Assembly: GCA_022813865.1 (NCBI GenBank)
Contig: JALDZX010000052.1
Location: 62,001 to 126,000, forward strand
Direction: 5' to 3'
Source: Xylographa opegraphella
Taxonomy: Eukaryota
Length of the DNA: 64,000 nucleotides
Shown here: positions 13,263 to 26,567 of the stretch, piece after piece
How the letters are laid out: the number at the start of each line of letters is the position of its first letter
How positions within the stretch are numbered: position 1 is the stretch's first letter
Notes under the pieces: generated by a model
What the model saw: the letters and a program-made list of their open reading frames with translations, nothing else
Told to the model about the DNA's origin: nothing
Database searches by the model: none
Made by a program: the position numbers and the translations under genes

Positions 13263-14869
13263 TTAGGCGTAAGAATCAAACTCGCAGTCCAGTAAGTGCG
13301 TCTCGGAGTCACATAGTGAATATCCGGACATCGCCACATCCATGTCAAGCTTATCAGTGTTGTCGTAGAACAAAGGTTTATGATCCAGGCCACTGGCAAC
13401 CCCTGTGATGTCCTCGAAGCCGTATGGGTGGGTATCAGCGATGGAGGATTGTTTCGTGGTCGAAGGCGTGTCTAGGAAATAGGGTACGACGCTGAGATCG
13501 TACATGTCGGTTTCCAAGGTGGACTGCATATCTTGGTAAATACCGCCAGTTTGGTACATATCCTGGGCGCTTCTCTCAGCTGTATGGTCTCTTTGATATG
13601 CATCGTATCGAGTAGTGCGCCGCGCCCTGATCGACTTTTTCGTCGCTCGCCCACCTCTTGCACCAGATCGCTGACGCTGGGCAGCTACGGTATCATTCCT
13701 TCCGGTCTTCTTGTTTGCGCCGACCTTGCGATATCTCGTCGTCGATTGTACTCCCTTTTCCAGAGCCGATGGCTCAAGGACCCAGATACAACCTTTCTTC
13801 CCGTCGTCTGCGGGTGGTAGGAGATCAACTTTCGTGAATGCCTAAATGATGTCATTTTCACTCAGATTTGACCACATCACAATCGAGGGCGCTGACTTAC
13901 GCCATTCATTGATAAGTTATGTCGAATACTGTTCTGCCAACCCTTTGATGAGTTGTTCTTGGCTTTGTCTGTATTCTTCTCGAACCATTCGTAAATCTCT
14001 TTCAGAACCATCCTATGGCTAGGGACGCTCTTGAGTGCACGATATATCAACTGAGCATATGGTTCAGCGCTCAAGCCCCCGTCACTGTCTTCATCATTAT
14101 CAATAGGAGAGGGAACTACTGGTGAAGGAGGGTAGGTCGCATCTGGAGACAGAGGACCGTACTGCTCGGAATCTTCGGCTTCTCCCAGCTTTGGTTCGAA
14201 TGCAAGCGAATAGTTCTGAAAAATGTCTCTTGAAGTATAGAAAGTATCCATGCTGCTTGATGTTTTGTAGACGTCGGAAGAAAGTGGACGATATCTTGGG
14301 GAAAAGTCAGGTGAGTCCGAGTTCTGGTTGAGGGGCTCAGTGAAGTAAGCTGTCGTCGTGTCGCTGCGTGTGGGGAAGCAGTTCTCCGGTATGATACCCA
14401 CCGTCGTCTTCACATCCTCATTCACTTGCTTCTGAAATTCTTCGGGACACGTCACTGACGAGAACGGAAATATTTGATCACACGCTGACCGATGTAGCCA
14501 TTGAGCGTCCTGCGATGATTGGCCATTCGAATTCTGTCCGGACAAAACCTTGGCTTGTGGACAGTAGAAATTTTGGCGTGGCATTGATTGAAAAGAACCA
14601 CTGTAAATAGATGCTTCGTCCTGAGCACCAGTCCACTTTGGATAGTTCAAGGGGATACTCATCACACTTGGCGCCGAAATTTGGGTAGAATGGCTGCGAA
14701 TCTGTGAAATCGTGGTAGGCTCCGGAAGGGGCGTGTTGTTGCTAGCGACAGAGTAGCTATGAAGGGACGGAAAGTATGAGTATTCCTGTGCGAAAATGCT
14801 GAGTAGCTCGTGTTCGTTCTGGGCATGAGAGGCGCGAGGAAGGTAGTTAGCTACTGAATGAGATGGCAT
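13263..14869 (-). CDS. Forkhead (winged-helix) transcription factor
   Basis: EPYAQLIYRALKS...MVLKEIYEWF...KGWQNSIRHNLSMNG|AFTKVD...GCIWVL. Intron 13900-13842 joins the main ORF to a frame continuing into ORF 13263..13559. Confidence 0.88.
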
Positions 14870-16263
14870 TGTTGGTGAGTCAATTGAGGGCTAGTTGACA
14901 ACACTGCGATTTCGGTGAGATGAGATCGTAGGTTGAACAATGCCCCGAGCACTCCGCCAGCAGACCAGCAATGTGTCGAAGAATAGTCTGAAATCCATGG
15001 CTTGTGAGACACTGATATGGTGAAGTGCACTTGTCCGCGTGGAGTGAGGTGTGGTGAATTCATCCGTCACGATTCCGGCTGTCATGCAGGAGGCCAACAC
15101 ACGGGTGATAGGTGTTTTGCAGAAGACTGATCTTCCTTACCGTAGAGCAAACACGACGCGATCATGTTGCAGGCATACGTGATCTAATGATTTCTTTGCG
15201 CATAGACAAAGCTTAGCGTGGCGACCTACTGGTCGTTGCACGACAGCACAATCCTCTATCAGTAACATCGGTGCCCTATGACGGGGCTTGAGAGAGATCC
15301 TATCAGCCCCTACACCGCTGCTGGGGCATGCTATAGCGCACACTTATTCTCCGATGACCCAGTCCACGGATAGATGCAGAACTAGGCGACTTTTATTGGA
15401 CATCCTTTCACCATCCGACCCAGCACAAGGGGCTAAAGTTTTCTAGAAGCCTGATGGAAGGTCAGATGCTCGTCGAGGAGGTTCTAATGCATATTCGCAA
15501 CCTAGCCCGGGTCAGGCACCATTTCGGAGCAGAAGGCTTTTCGCGCTCGTCAGACTTGCTTCCAGCCTTGTACCACGCGCCCGGAGCACAGTCCAGGTGT
15601 CCGAGCGTCTACTTTGACAGGTGCGCCTAAGTTCGTTGTTGGGCCTTCGTGTTTTGTGCAACCCGGTGGCCAACGTCGGTGCGGTGATTGCAGATAAAAG
15701 GCCGCAAGTATGTACCGGAATGGAACGGTATGCTCTCCAAGTCACCGAAAACGATTTGGTAGATGAGTAACCCAGATACTGGAATTTTGTAGGGGAGGAA
15801 AGATAAGATGTTTGCGTTGGGCTCTATGAGTACATGATTCCGTCTGTGTACACGAATCAATCATGGCTGTTCGTCTGATCAACATGGCTTATTTCTTTTC
15901 ATGAAAACGGGACGTGCTATTGCCCTGGAAAATCTCAGCCAGACGTAAACGTCACAAAAACAGAAACTGGGAACAGGACTCTCTACCTACGATGTGCCTG
16001 CGCTAGGCATACATATAGTGCGAGATCGAGATCCTACATGGAAGTATAGCTCTGGAAACGACCAATACTTTCCATATCTCGAACACCTTCGATGAAAGAG
16101 AACAAGAGGATGATTTTCGCCTGCCGCTTCGTTCTCGTATACAACTGGCGGACAAAAGCTGCAGCGGCCAGTCTAGACATTCGAAACGCCCATTCATCAA
16201 CCAAAGTTTTGTCGTTGACATGAATCGATAGATGACTGAGGACGACCGCCATCTGAGGCCCCT

Positions 16264-18202
16264 TCACTTTCTGTAGTAGACCTAATAACGAGTAAGCATC
16301 AGAAAAAACAGGCATGATCGAACATTGGCAACTGTAATCTTACCTTTTTGAATTGGAAATGTAGTTGTAAGATGCCCTAATCAACCAATGTCAGTGGAAA
16401 ACCTATATCGGACCAACGGAAATAGCCGGACGAAGCCATGTGAAACGATAGTCACTGCTTACCTTGTCGAAACTACTTCGAAATCCACGCTCTCGTTTCG
16501 CACTATAATCCCATTCTTTGTCCACGATACGGAACGCAAGATCCTCATAAGGCGGACCGCTGATAAATCTTATCAAGCAGGTGTCTTCTTCTCCTGCAGG
16601 CGCAAAAGACTGCCCCCTTTTTCGACCATTCTCGCGCTCAATTCGATACGTCGGGGCCTTCACCTTGTCTATGAGATCAGGATAAAATACGTTGAACTTA
16701 TAACCTTGAACAACCTTTGGCGGTGGATTATCGTGATCATAATGAGTTTGGTTGTACTTGTTCCACTCATAGCCCATCTGCACTCGGTTGAAATACCGAG
16801 GCTTCCGAGGCCTATATTTACCTGCCCATTGAGGCTTGGATAGCGTCAATACTTCTTCCTCTCCTGTAAATATTTCTTCATCCTCTTGAACCCCTCTTGC
16901 AACTTCCCTTTCGTATAGAGCACTTGTAGCTGAAGAGAAATCCTCATGTATCGTAGTGGCAAAACGAGATGCTGTAGGAACTGCATCTGGATCCAGGATT
17001 TTAGGAACAACTGCAAGAGTAGACTTTTCCTGCTTTCGTTGTCGGTGTGGAACATAACCCATTTTGATGGTCCTTCGCCGCTCCAGTGTCTAGAGAGATT
17101 AGTACAATTAAGGCTTAATGACGAAATGTATTGGTTTCCTACAATCTTGTCCAAAAATTCCGACTCTCCAACGATATCCAAGCCCTTATCTTCGACTCTG
17201 ACCTTGAGAAGAGGATCAGGATCGAAAACCTTCAAGTGTAGAATAGGTATAAGAGGCGCTTCATCTCTATGTTCAGGAGCTTTTGCCGTGAAAATTGTAT
17301 TATTCTTCGTGCCGAGATTTACTAGTAATAGAGACAGCTTTGCTTTCATGAGTTCCGCCTCTTCTATTTGTTGCCCCCGCAAGACCTGTAGGCGACTGTC
17401 AACCACGGATTTATAAAATTTCTTGAGTTCAGCCTTCGCCTTGTACACTGCTATGTTACTTAGCAACTGCTCCCAGTACTCTACATCTATGGGTTCATTC
17501 GACTGTAATTTCTCTGATATTTGCTCTTCCAGCTTTCGGAGTTGGTCTATAGTTTTAGGGCCTAGGAGGCGATCGACATCGACAGAAACCGCGTTGATTA
17601 TACGACCGGAGGATTCCGACAACGCCAGTCGTCTTCGGCGGTCTTGACAAATGATCTTGACAGCCTATGTATATCAGCGGCTGATCACGCGTTACCATGT
17701 ATTGTCTCACATTCCAATATACTTGATTGCTGCGATTTGACTCCAGGATTTCATACGAATCAATATCCTTCTCAAGGTCGTGCAGCTCTTTCTCACTTAG
17801 GTCTTCAACGATAGCGTTAGGATCCATGATATCCAGTTCCGAGTCGGCAGATTCATCTTCAAGGAGATCCTTAGTAGGATCTATCACACTGAGAATGACT
17901 GCAAGCCAGTCGATGGATTTCGCCCGTCCTTCTCTGACGCGAATCTGTGCCTTCTTCTTTGCTTGCTTAAGAACGAATTCGTCTTCCTTCGAAACCCATT
18001 CTCGCATTTGTTCTGCTTCTTGAATCTGGTTTCGCTTTGTTTGCTCTCTTGCGAAACTCTCTTGCTCTTTCTTTAGCTTTATCTCCTGATCGTCTCCAAC
18101 TCGTCCACCTTTTTGCGTAAGTGGCCCTAGGACCTTCTGCGATCGCCGCCATGGAGGTGAAGAGCTAGACGCTGGCCTCTTTCTAGGATTGGCGTGCTCC
18201 AT
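16264..18202 (-). CDS. Cactin (spliceosome-associated protein)
   Basis: Conserved cactin C-terminal domain RPRKPRYFNRVQMGYEWNKYNQTHYDHDNPPPKVVQGYKFNVFYPDLID...AGEEDTCLIRFISGPPYEDLAFRIVDKEWDYS. Small terminal exons GILQLHFQFKK|VYYRK-TGA(16264). Mid-domain WVSKEDEFVLKQAKKKAQIRVREGRAK. Confidence 0.9.
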
Positions 18203-19002
18203 GATAGCGATGCAACAAAAATTTCATGAGTTCAAAGCTCAGTGGACCTCACATGCCAAGACCCTAAGACTATCTATCCTAATTCGCCGGCTCGGAGGCT
18301 CGGAGACTAGCTGAATCTGTACTTCAACGACAACTCATTTATATTTAATAAAGCCATCATTCATACAGCTGCTACCAAGTGCTTCCCGGATTGTATTCGA
18401 TCCCACATCAATTATCTGATGCTTGGGTTGGCTAATTCGAGGGACTCGTCATGCCTATGGGCCCAAAATCGAGACCGTCAATAAGTAAAGGCGTTAGCGA
18501 CTAACGTTGGTAATAAGTGCTTCAATCATGACTGTGAGTGGAATCGACTGTCCTAGAAAATGCAATGATTTCGCATTGTTTAAAGCTGGGAGGCTGTTCC
18601 TCTATTAGATCTACTAAGTGCCTAACATCCTCAACCGCCGGTATGGTACAGAAATTGCATCGATGCTGTTGATCCTAGCAAGCTCTGTATAGTGTATCTC
18701 TTGTTCTACAAAGCTCTTGCAAAACCAAAAAATACCAATTTATCAAACCTTTCTTGTCAGATATTACCAGATCGACAGGAAATATCAGTCAACCCAAGCA
18801 AACCCTCAACATCGCTCAGGACTGTGTCGCTAAACAAATATTTACTCATCCCATAACTTCATGTGTATTGTCAACTAAGCCTTTTTTTCTGTTGGTTGGC
18901 TTTAGACAGCTTTAATTGCGTTGATCTGTATGTGTATGGCGCGTCTTGTTCATCAAAACCTGTAACTTTCTGTTAGCCCGATCTCCAAAATTTCTTGAAT
19001 CA

Positions 19003-19485
19003 CTAATTACCTTTAAATGATGCATGACGCTTCCCGACATGGTCCAAACTCGGCCAGAGCTCCTGTGCGTCAATTTCAGGAAGATCCGGCGTGGGAAGTC
19101 GCCGTGGTGACGGACGTGCTGGCGGAGTCTGTTCGAGTATTTCGGTCAAAGCCGCTGGATCTTCTTTGACCAAGTCTAGAGTCTGTGTGTCTTGGTCTTC
19201 ATATAAGACAGCTAGCTCTTTTCCGACGTGGTACTGAGGTCTATGTTGTCGCCGAGGAGATGGGCAGATAATCTCAACAGGGCCGATCGGAAGGATAAAA
19301 ATTTCAGTATCTTCAGCACCATGAGCTCCGTTGCATCTATTTGGAATGAGGGACCAATCCAAAATTTTCATACTGGAAACACATTGTGATGAGGGCTGAC
19401 CAGCAGTCATCCGGTTGCAGTGCGATAATCCAAAATCCATCGGAACAAGTTTCTTACGAGCCAGCGCAGATGATGCTGGATACAT
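19003..19485 (-). CDS. Hypothetical protein (about 160 aa)
   Basis: Open frame with a Pro-rich SPRRLPTPDLPEI motif, preceded on the minus strand by TATAAA boxes and a CT-rich tract (about 19660-19730). No family recognised. Confidence 0.4.
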   Translation of the reverse strand: MYPASSALARKKLVPMDFGLSHCNRMTAGQPSSQCVSSMKILDWSLIPNRCNGAHGAEDTEIFILPIGPVEIICPSPRRQHRPQYHVGKELAVLYEDQDTQTLDLVKEDPAALTEILEQTPPARPSPRRLPTPDLPEIDAQELWPSLDHVGKRHASFKGN

Positions 19486-20294
19486 TGAGAATATGCTATG
19501 GGGCAATAATCACGATGGAACAGGTTGAAAGACAGGGGCGTTTCCGCTGAAGATGGCTCGTCCCCACTTGGTACAAGTCCTCGGCCGAAGAACATTCACT
19601 AAAACAATAGGGCCGAATGCTCAAACCATGTTGGGATTGAGCGGTGATGAGAGACCAAGATTTATAGGCTGCACGATGCTCGGGAAGAAAGAGGATGGAA
19701 AGGGAAGGAGGGGGACAAGCGCACTTTATACGATTGGTCTCGGGGTATGGAGTTGTCCAATCAGAGAGAGGCTCGGCACTAGCGGCGTATGACCCTTACT
19801 AAGGGCTTCGTCCTTGCACGTTGCGAAGCGAAGCGGACTCGGGGCACGGGGTAGTTTCCGTCATGGCTCACTTTTGCTACGCACGGCTGATCTGGCCATG
19901 AATCACGGTTGCTGTCGTTGTAGAATCAGCTTGTTTCAACCCGCAGTCTGGACATATTCACTGAACGCCAGTCTCCTCTCCTCGACTATACTTGTCATAC
20001 CGTGTCAGGCACCCAAAGTCTGTCATATTGACCTGCCCACTTACTGTCTATCTCAGTCATATCTCCTATGGGTCTCAAGCTTCTCAATCACACACGTCAA
20101 GGGGTGCCTTACAGTCAGGCCGCTGTTATCACTATCACGTTATTTTGTATCATCGAACCATCAAAGACTCACGCTTCATGCTAAGTATTTGAGTATATAT
20201 GCCAATCTGGATGTGCTTCAACTGGCGAATAATGTTGGCTTGGTAAATGCGTTCAGGACATTAAACTAATATGCATAAAATCCAATCAGGTTCA

Positions 20295-23200
20295 TCAAAC
20301 AATGATCAGATTACTGATAGGTACGCCTTGTGCATGTACATAATACCTTCTTTTGAGGCCGACTCCGACCGCATGCCGGAATATATCGTACACCTTCTGC
20401 CCGCCTCCCACCATCACCAAAGGTACTGGACTGTGCCTTGGCAAGCCACTCGATGTCACTTGCACCGAATCCAAAAGAGGTCGAATAAGCAGACTTTCGC
20501 TACGGCCTTGATCATCACCCTCGTCAAAGGAGACCACTACGACGAGTTGTAGCGAGGTACGCGACGGAGCAAAACTTGGGATATTCTCGAGCTTTTCGAC
20601 AAAGCTGCAGCCACCACGCTTGACAACAATTATCTGGTACTCTCGAGGGATGCTGCCCGGTAGCTTACGCTTACACATCTCATCTGTAACATATATCGAG
20701 TTCCACAAGAGCACACCTTGTGGTGCCCCGGAAATGTCGGGACCTGAAGCTTCCACAACATCAGGTACCGGAGCTGCTCCAATTCCAGTCGGCGTTATGG
20801 CTGGCAGGTATTCACGCAAGTATTTTGGGTCAGGTTTAGCGGGTTGCTCCTGCAGCATGGAGCCAACGTGATTGGCCAAAAAGCTGAGAGCCATTTTGAC
20901 ATGCGAGGCAGCCTCTGAGTTTGCGTCAAGTATTCCTGCCAGCGCGGCCTCTTTCATAACAATAGGATCTGGACCACCTGGGTCGTCTATCAAGCCGGGA
21001 CTGCGGTCAGGTTCTTCTGTGGGACCGGCCACATCTACTACAATGTCAAGCATCGTAGAGTCTCGGACTCTAGTAAAGTTTGGATCTTGAGGATTCACTA
21101 CACTTGAGACAATGTCTCTGCCCATAAAGATCTTCTCGTCTTTGCCTAGGGGAATGTTGTTGATAGCTTGAACCCTATACAGGTCTTCGTCACCACTTCC
21201 ACCATACGATCCCGGTACGTCCTGAATCATGCCGAGGCGTAGACCGCCAACTCCACTTATCAAGATACCATTACCGACACGCTGCAGCATTCCAGGTGTC
21301 AACACACTATTAGGGAGAGCCGGAAATGTAATATCGTAAGTAGGTCTCGTCATGATCATAGAACTCGTACCGTTGAATGGTACCAGTTCCAAAGGCAGTG
21401 TCCAGGGAAAGTATGTGTAATTAGAAGGCGACCTAACATCTGATAATGTTATGCTGGGATGGTCGCGTGAATACTCAACGATCGGTGAGTCTAGATTCTC
21501 TATTGTAGGCATAAGGTGGAGGCGTGCGAGGTTGGCAGCATGAAATAAGTCTGGCCTTGTGGCAGTGACAGATATGCTGAACGGAACTGGTGTGACAGCT
21601 ACGGGGCAAGTGCCAACCCTGACTTGACTCCTGACCCGCTCTCGTCTGGGGTCCTCGCGTGGTGTTGAAGACTTTCTTCGAGCTAATCTTGGTATAATAA
21701 GCGGATGACCTTCAGTGGTGAAAACAAACGGTGCATCGACGTTGTTCAGTGGGTGACCAGGGTCGAATAGTAGATGCAAGTACTTGGCTGTTTCACCTAG
21801 GAAGAAACTCTCCATCCGATCGTTGCGCTCACCAGTACGCACATCCTGCATACCAGACCATCCACATTTCGTCCAGCAACGGCGCTTAATGTCTCTCAAT
21901 GCCATTTCGCCGACATGCAGATACCATGGATCCTTCGTGGCTCGATATATGTGGTAGGTGGATTCAATGAATTCTGGTCGCCCTCCCCACCATCCAAGTC
22001 CTCCTTCAATGCTGCCAGTCACAGCTGACCATCTTTCAGGAAGCGCGGAATAGCGAGTCCAGAGAGCCGTAAACAACAGATGTATCTCAACCGCATCATC
22101 GATGTCACCACTCAAAGTAAGAAGACCGGGGAAAAAGGCACTAAGGCTATCCATCCAATACGCCCGGGCAGCTCCCGTGTTTAAATCTGCTTGTATGTAA
22201 TGCGGATGCATGTACATCTCACCGCGGTACAAGTGATGCTTGATTCCTGCGTAAGCCTCTTCCCATACCTGAAAAAAACTTTCGGGGTCGTGGTGTTCCA
22301 CACTCAGTGGAGGAGCAAGATCAATTCCTTCCATATCATAGTCTCCATGCAATGGATTTTCTTGTGCCGAAGTACCGGAAAGAAGGATGTAAGACTTTAA
22401 AGCATACTCAAAGAAGCTATCAATACCAGCCCCTAGACCAGTAAATGAACTTGCCCAAATTCCAGTCTCAGCATCAATTCCAGCGCCAATCAGGCCGATG
22501 TTGCTTCGGCGTTCCCAAACAGACCAGAAAGCACGTTTCGCAAGATATTCAAAACGAGGGTCTCCTGTCAGACGGCTCAAGACAGTAAACTCAAGCACAA
22601 GGCTGCCGGCTCCGGCGCTACAAGTCTCTGTGAGCTCTTTACTTGTCGGTGGTACTACTGGACATTGTCCGTGCTCCGATTCACAGCTGAGGGGCGAATT
22701 CCTATAGAACGGTACACCAGATCGCAAATTGACCCGAGGATAAGGGAGACCCGTGGTTGTGCTGAAAGCAGGAAGCAGACGCCTACCGAGATCGTGAGCC
22801 AGCCTAAGAAGCTGACCATCGTACTTGAAGTTCTTCGACCATTTTATAATTTCTTTGCCTGTGGAGTCCTTGACAGCCATCTGTCTTGGTTCGTACCCTG
22901 TGATGGGCAATTCTCCAATGGCAAACAAGTGAGCACTTAGCAGCCCGCCAACTCCGCGTATCACGGTCTCAAAAATTTGGACTTTGCTGTCCAGGTTAAA
23001 GCCGTGCGCTCTTGTTCCCTTTCCATGCACAGTTTCTGTCCCATCTCCATACTGCTCCACCAACGCCACAATCCCATCCTGGAAATGTCCTAACGCGCGC
23101 TCTCTCTTTGGTCTTGATCCGGGACTAGAAGCAAGAATAGCCAGGGTAGAGAGGCTATCAATCAAGGTCAGAGAGTAGTTTCCAAGAGGATCGTTGAGCT

Positions 23201-23524
23201 CAATATGCGCCGGGTTGTCTTGATCTCTGGTCAGGGGCCTGCAGGACAGTGGTCGCAACTCATCCTCAGGAAAAGCATGTTGCATATAGTTGTTGAAGCC
23301 ATGATAGAATAGGCTTTCAGTCTCCTGCCTGTGCACGTTAGGCACTGTCTAGTAGAACCACCTCAGACAAAGCATCATTACCTCAAAGACCTGATCTCAG
23401 CATTGTTCATACAGTGACCATTGCCAACGCAAGCTACTAAGATTACAATGCATATAATGGTAAATGGAAAGCTCCAAGAACGGGAACCAAAATAATTCGG
23501 TTGCAGGATGCATCTCGAGAGCAT
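20295..23524 (-). CDS. MNL1: ER degradation-enhancing alpha-mannosidase-like protein (GH47, Mnl1/Htm1/EDEM) with C-terminal PA-like domain
   Basis: Hydrophobic signal or anchor exon, then an intron (about 23381-23329). Motifs: FYHGFNNYMQHAFPEDELRPLSC, LTLIDSLSTL, FETVIRGVGGLLSAH, ETCSAGAGSLVLEF, GIDSFFEY, RPEFIESTY, MESFFLGETAKYL, FTTEGHP. PA motif VKRGGCSF. Confidence 0.9.
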
Positions 23525-23935
23525 CACCGACTGGTACGTGGGAGATCTGTTGTCACAGGACCGAATCCGGATGCGTGTACGGCAGCAATTCACATGATAC
23601 ACAACCTTTCTCGCATGGTCTGCTTCAAATATATTGCTCGGTCAAAAAAGGTTTCGGTAGGCATATCTGAGCCATGAAAGCGTGTTAGGTGTGCAAATGG
23701 CCAGAGTGGAAGACAACATCCTTTCTGGAGGCTCTGCGGGAAAGATGTCTTAGCCTATCTATACCTAGGATAGTCTAGCGTTATGACTGCAATGGACCCT
23801 GGCATGTTCTTGATAAACTGATAATTTAGAGTCCTTGACTTTCGCTAAGGTACCGTACTATGAGGAACTTGAGCCAACGGTGACCACCGCTACACGGCTA
23901 CACTGCTTCTGAAACCTACTCAGTCTTTATCAGAT

Positions 23936-25775
23936 ATGGCTATTGAACTTCCCGCGCAAGTGCTGGAGGCACTTGCCCTCACTGATGGGTCTATTCTTAC
24001 AGCGGAGATTTTCCCTTCAGAGTCTTTTACGACAGTCAAAAGTGCTCTGGATAGACTAAGTTCTAGGGAGATGCTTATTTACAAAACAATCGAACGAGAC
24101 GAAGCTACATTAACAGAAGAGGCACAAGGAATTGTGGAGCATGGGAGTCACGAAGCAAAGGTCTTCGAGGCCGTTAGAAGTGCAGTTGAGGGCTTGAGTG
24201 TTTCAGACCTGCCAGTACGTGGGACAATATGTACGCCAGCAAGTCTGGAAAAGCAGCCTATGAAAGTCTGCTGACGGTTATAGGGAATCGTGGGCAAAGA
24301 GAGTGCGAAGGTCGGACAAGGTAAAGCTCTGGCTGGAAAGTGGATTAAGCTCGATAAAGAGAAAAATATACTCAAGGCCAATGTATGATGCCAATGTCGC
24401 AGATGCTTACCTTACTAAAAAGCGACATCAGACCGAGTCCATTGTCGATACGATACGGGAGCAGCTACAGATTATAGATAGGACAAAGACATATCCGGAT
24501 ACAAAAGTGATCAGTGACCTCAAGAAGAGGAAGCTCCTGAAGATGCAAAAGGCCATAAGTTTTGAAGTATCGAGGGGGCCGAAATATGCTAGGGAATTTG
24601 TGAAAGAGGAGACGGATCTTACTGCAGAAATGCTTGCAAGGTACTTCTCCAATTCCAGCTCGAAAGGATGACCTTTCGTTTATGACCCCGTAGTGGAACC
24701 TGGAAAAATGTCAAACTAAAGCCATACAACTTTAAGTCGAAAGGAGCCCCAACCTCGAGCGGTGCTTTGCATCCATGTAAGAACTCAATATATTCAAGCG
24801 ACACCCTTATTTATTCTCACTAGTGAACAAGGTGCGCCACGAATTCAGGCAGATTTTCTTCGAAATGGGGTTCGAGGAGATGCCGACCAATCGGTACGTT
24901 GTACTTCCTCGGCATGATCAACCACTACTAAGAGGCTCACAGCTTCGTTGAGACTGGGTTCTGGAATTTTGATGCTCTTTTTGTACCCCAACAACATCCA
25001 GCCCGTGATCTGCAAGATACGTTCTACATCTCAGACCCCCTTTATGCAAACAAAGCAGGGCCAGATCCGACGCCAGGGAATGGCGACCCGAAGCTTGACT
25101 ACGAGCGGTACTGGAACGATATACGAGAAGTGCATGAAAACGGAAAGTTTGGCTCGATAGGTTACCGTTACCCTTGGAAGGAGGAGGAAGCCCTGCGGCT
25201 GGTCCTGCGCACACATACCACATCGACTTCTACTTATATGCTCCACAAACTAGCAGCCAATCCTCGTCCGGCACGCTACTTCTCCATTGATCGTGTGTTC
25301 CGGAATGAGACTGTAGATGCCACTCACCTGGCCGAATTTCACCAAGTGGAAGGGGTCATTGCAGACTTCGGGCTTACTTTAGGTGGTCTGATTGGATTCA
25401 TGGAAGTCTTCTTTAGTAAAATGGGCATTCACCGACTCCGGTTCAAGCCTGCGTACAACCCTTACACAGAGCCAAGCATGGAAATATTCGGTTTCCATGA
25501 AGGGCTGAATAAGTGGGTCGAGATAGGGAACAGTGGTATGTTCAGACCCGAGATGCTGGAACCTATGGGACTGCCAAAGGAAATGAGGGTCTACGGTTGG
25601 GGCCTGAGCCTTGAGCGGCCAACGATGATCAAGTACGTATGCCGCAGAATCAGTCCACTCCTAATGCTTACAGTCCTACAGGTATGGTGTAAACAATATT
25701 CGGGAGCTGCTGGGACACAAGGTCGATCTCAACTTTGTAGAAAGTAATGCTGCTGTCCGCTTGGAGAAAGACTAG
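23936..25775 (+). CDS. FRS2: Cytosolic phenylalanine--tRNA ligase alpha subunit
   Basis: Seven exons with six GT-AG introns. Motifs [85 protein letters not shown]. Stop TAG 25773-25775. Confidence 0.95.
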
Positions 25776-26567
25776 ATAATGAAGCTGTTGGAAGGTTACT
25801 CCTGCCATAGTTCTGTTCGGGCCTACATGCTTCACACATAGACGGAAGCCTCCGATACCGTACAATAATTAATTGTGTAATAGTGAGATACGGCATGCCA
25901 AGTTCCAGCAAATGGCCCGCACTTTGTCAAGATGCCGACTGTACCCCTCCACTACGGAACGTAAGGTATTATGGAATACTCGAGGTCCGACCTTAGTATG
26001 TCTTCGGTGGCCTGCAGTACATACACAGCCCGGGACCGCGGTGAAAGCCAGTGCGATGGCCGAGCTTATCATCGTTGTTCCTGCCCGAGCCGCGGCTTGA
26101 ATCATCCAGGAATCGCTAGTGGAAGACGGAGTAGAACCTAATGCTAGTCTATTTTGAAACATGCAGCTTAGTGTGTATTATTGTAAGTCAGAGCACAACC
26201 CATGACTTGAGACGAGGGGCTCGTCTGGTCATAAGTCACAAAGGTACGGATTACTTATGAAGGTAAGGTACGGTACAGTATCGGAGATACACAGTAGCGC
26301 CGTGGCCGGGTTCGGCCCGTCGACCCATTGAATGGATGGATGAATGGTCGAGTGTGGAACAACTACTGTAGTACCTGGGTAACTAGCGTCAGCGATCCTT
26401 CGGAGGCAGTTTGTCTGCCCTCTTGGGTTAGAATACTGGAAGTCGCGTGATGTATTTGCCTTTCATGCCTGTTGCACATCTTCACTTCGATACGAGATGT
26501 CGCATTTAAGTTAACATATCGCGAAGCAGGCCGTCCTTGGTCTGCTGTCTTTGCCCCTCAATTGATC

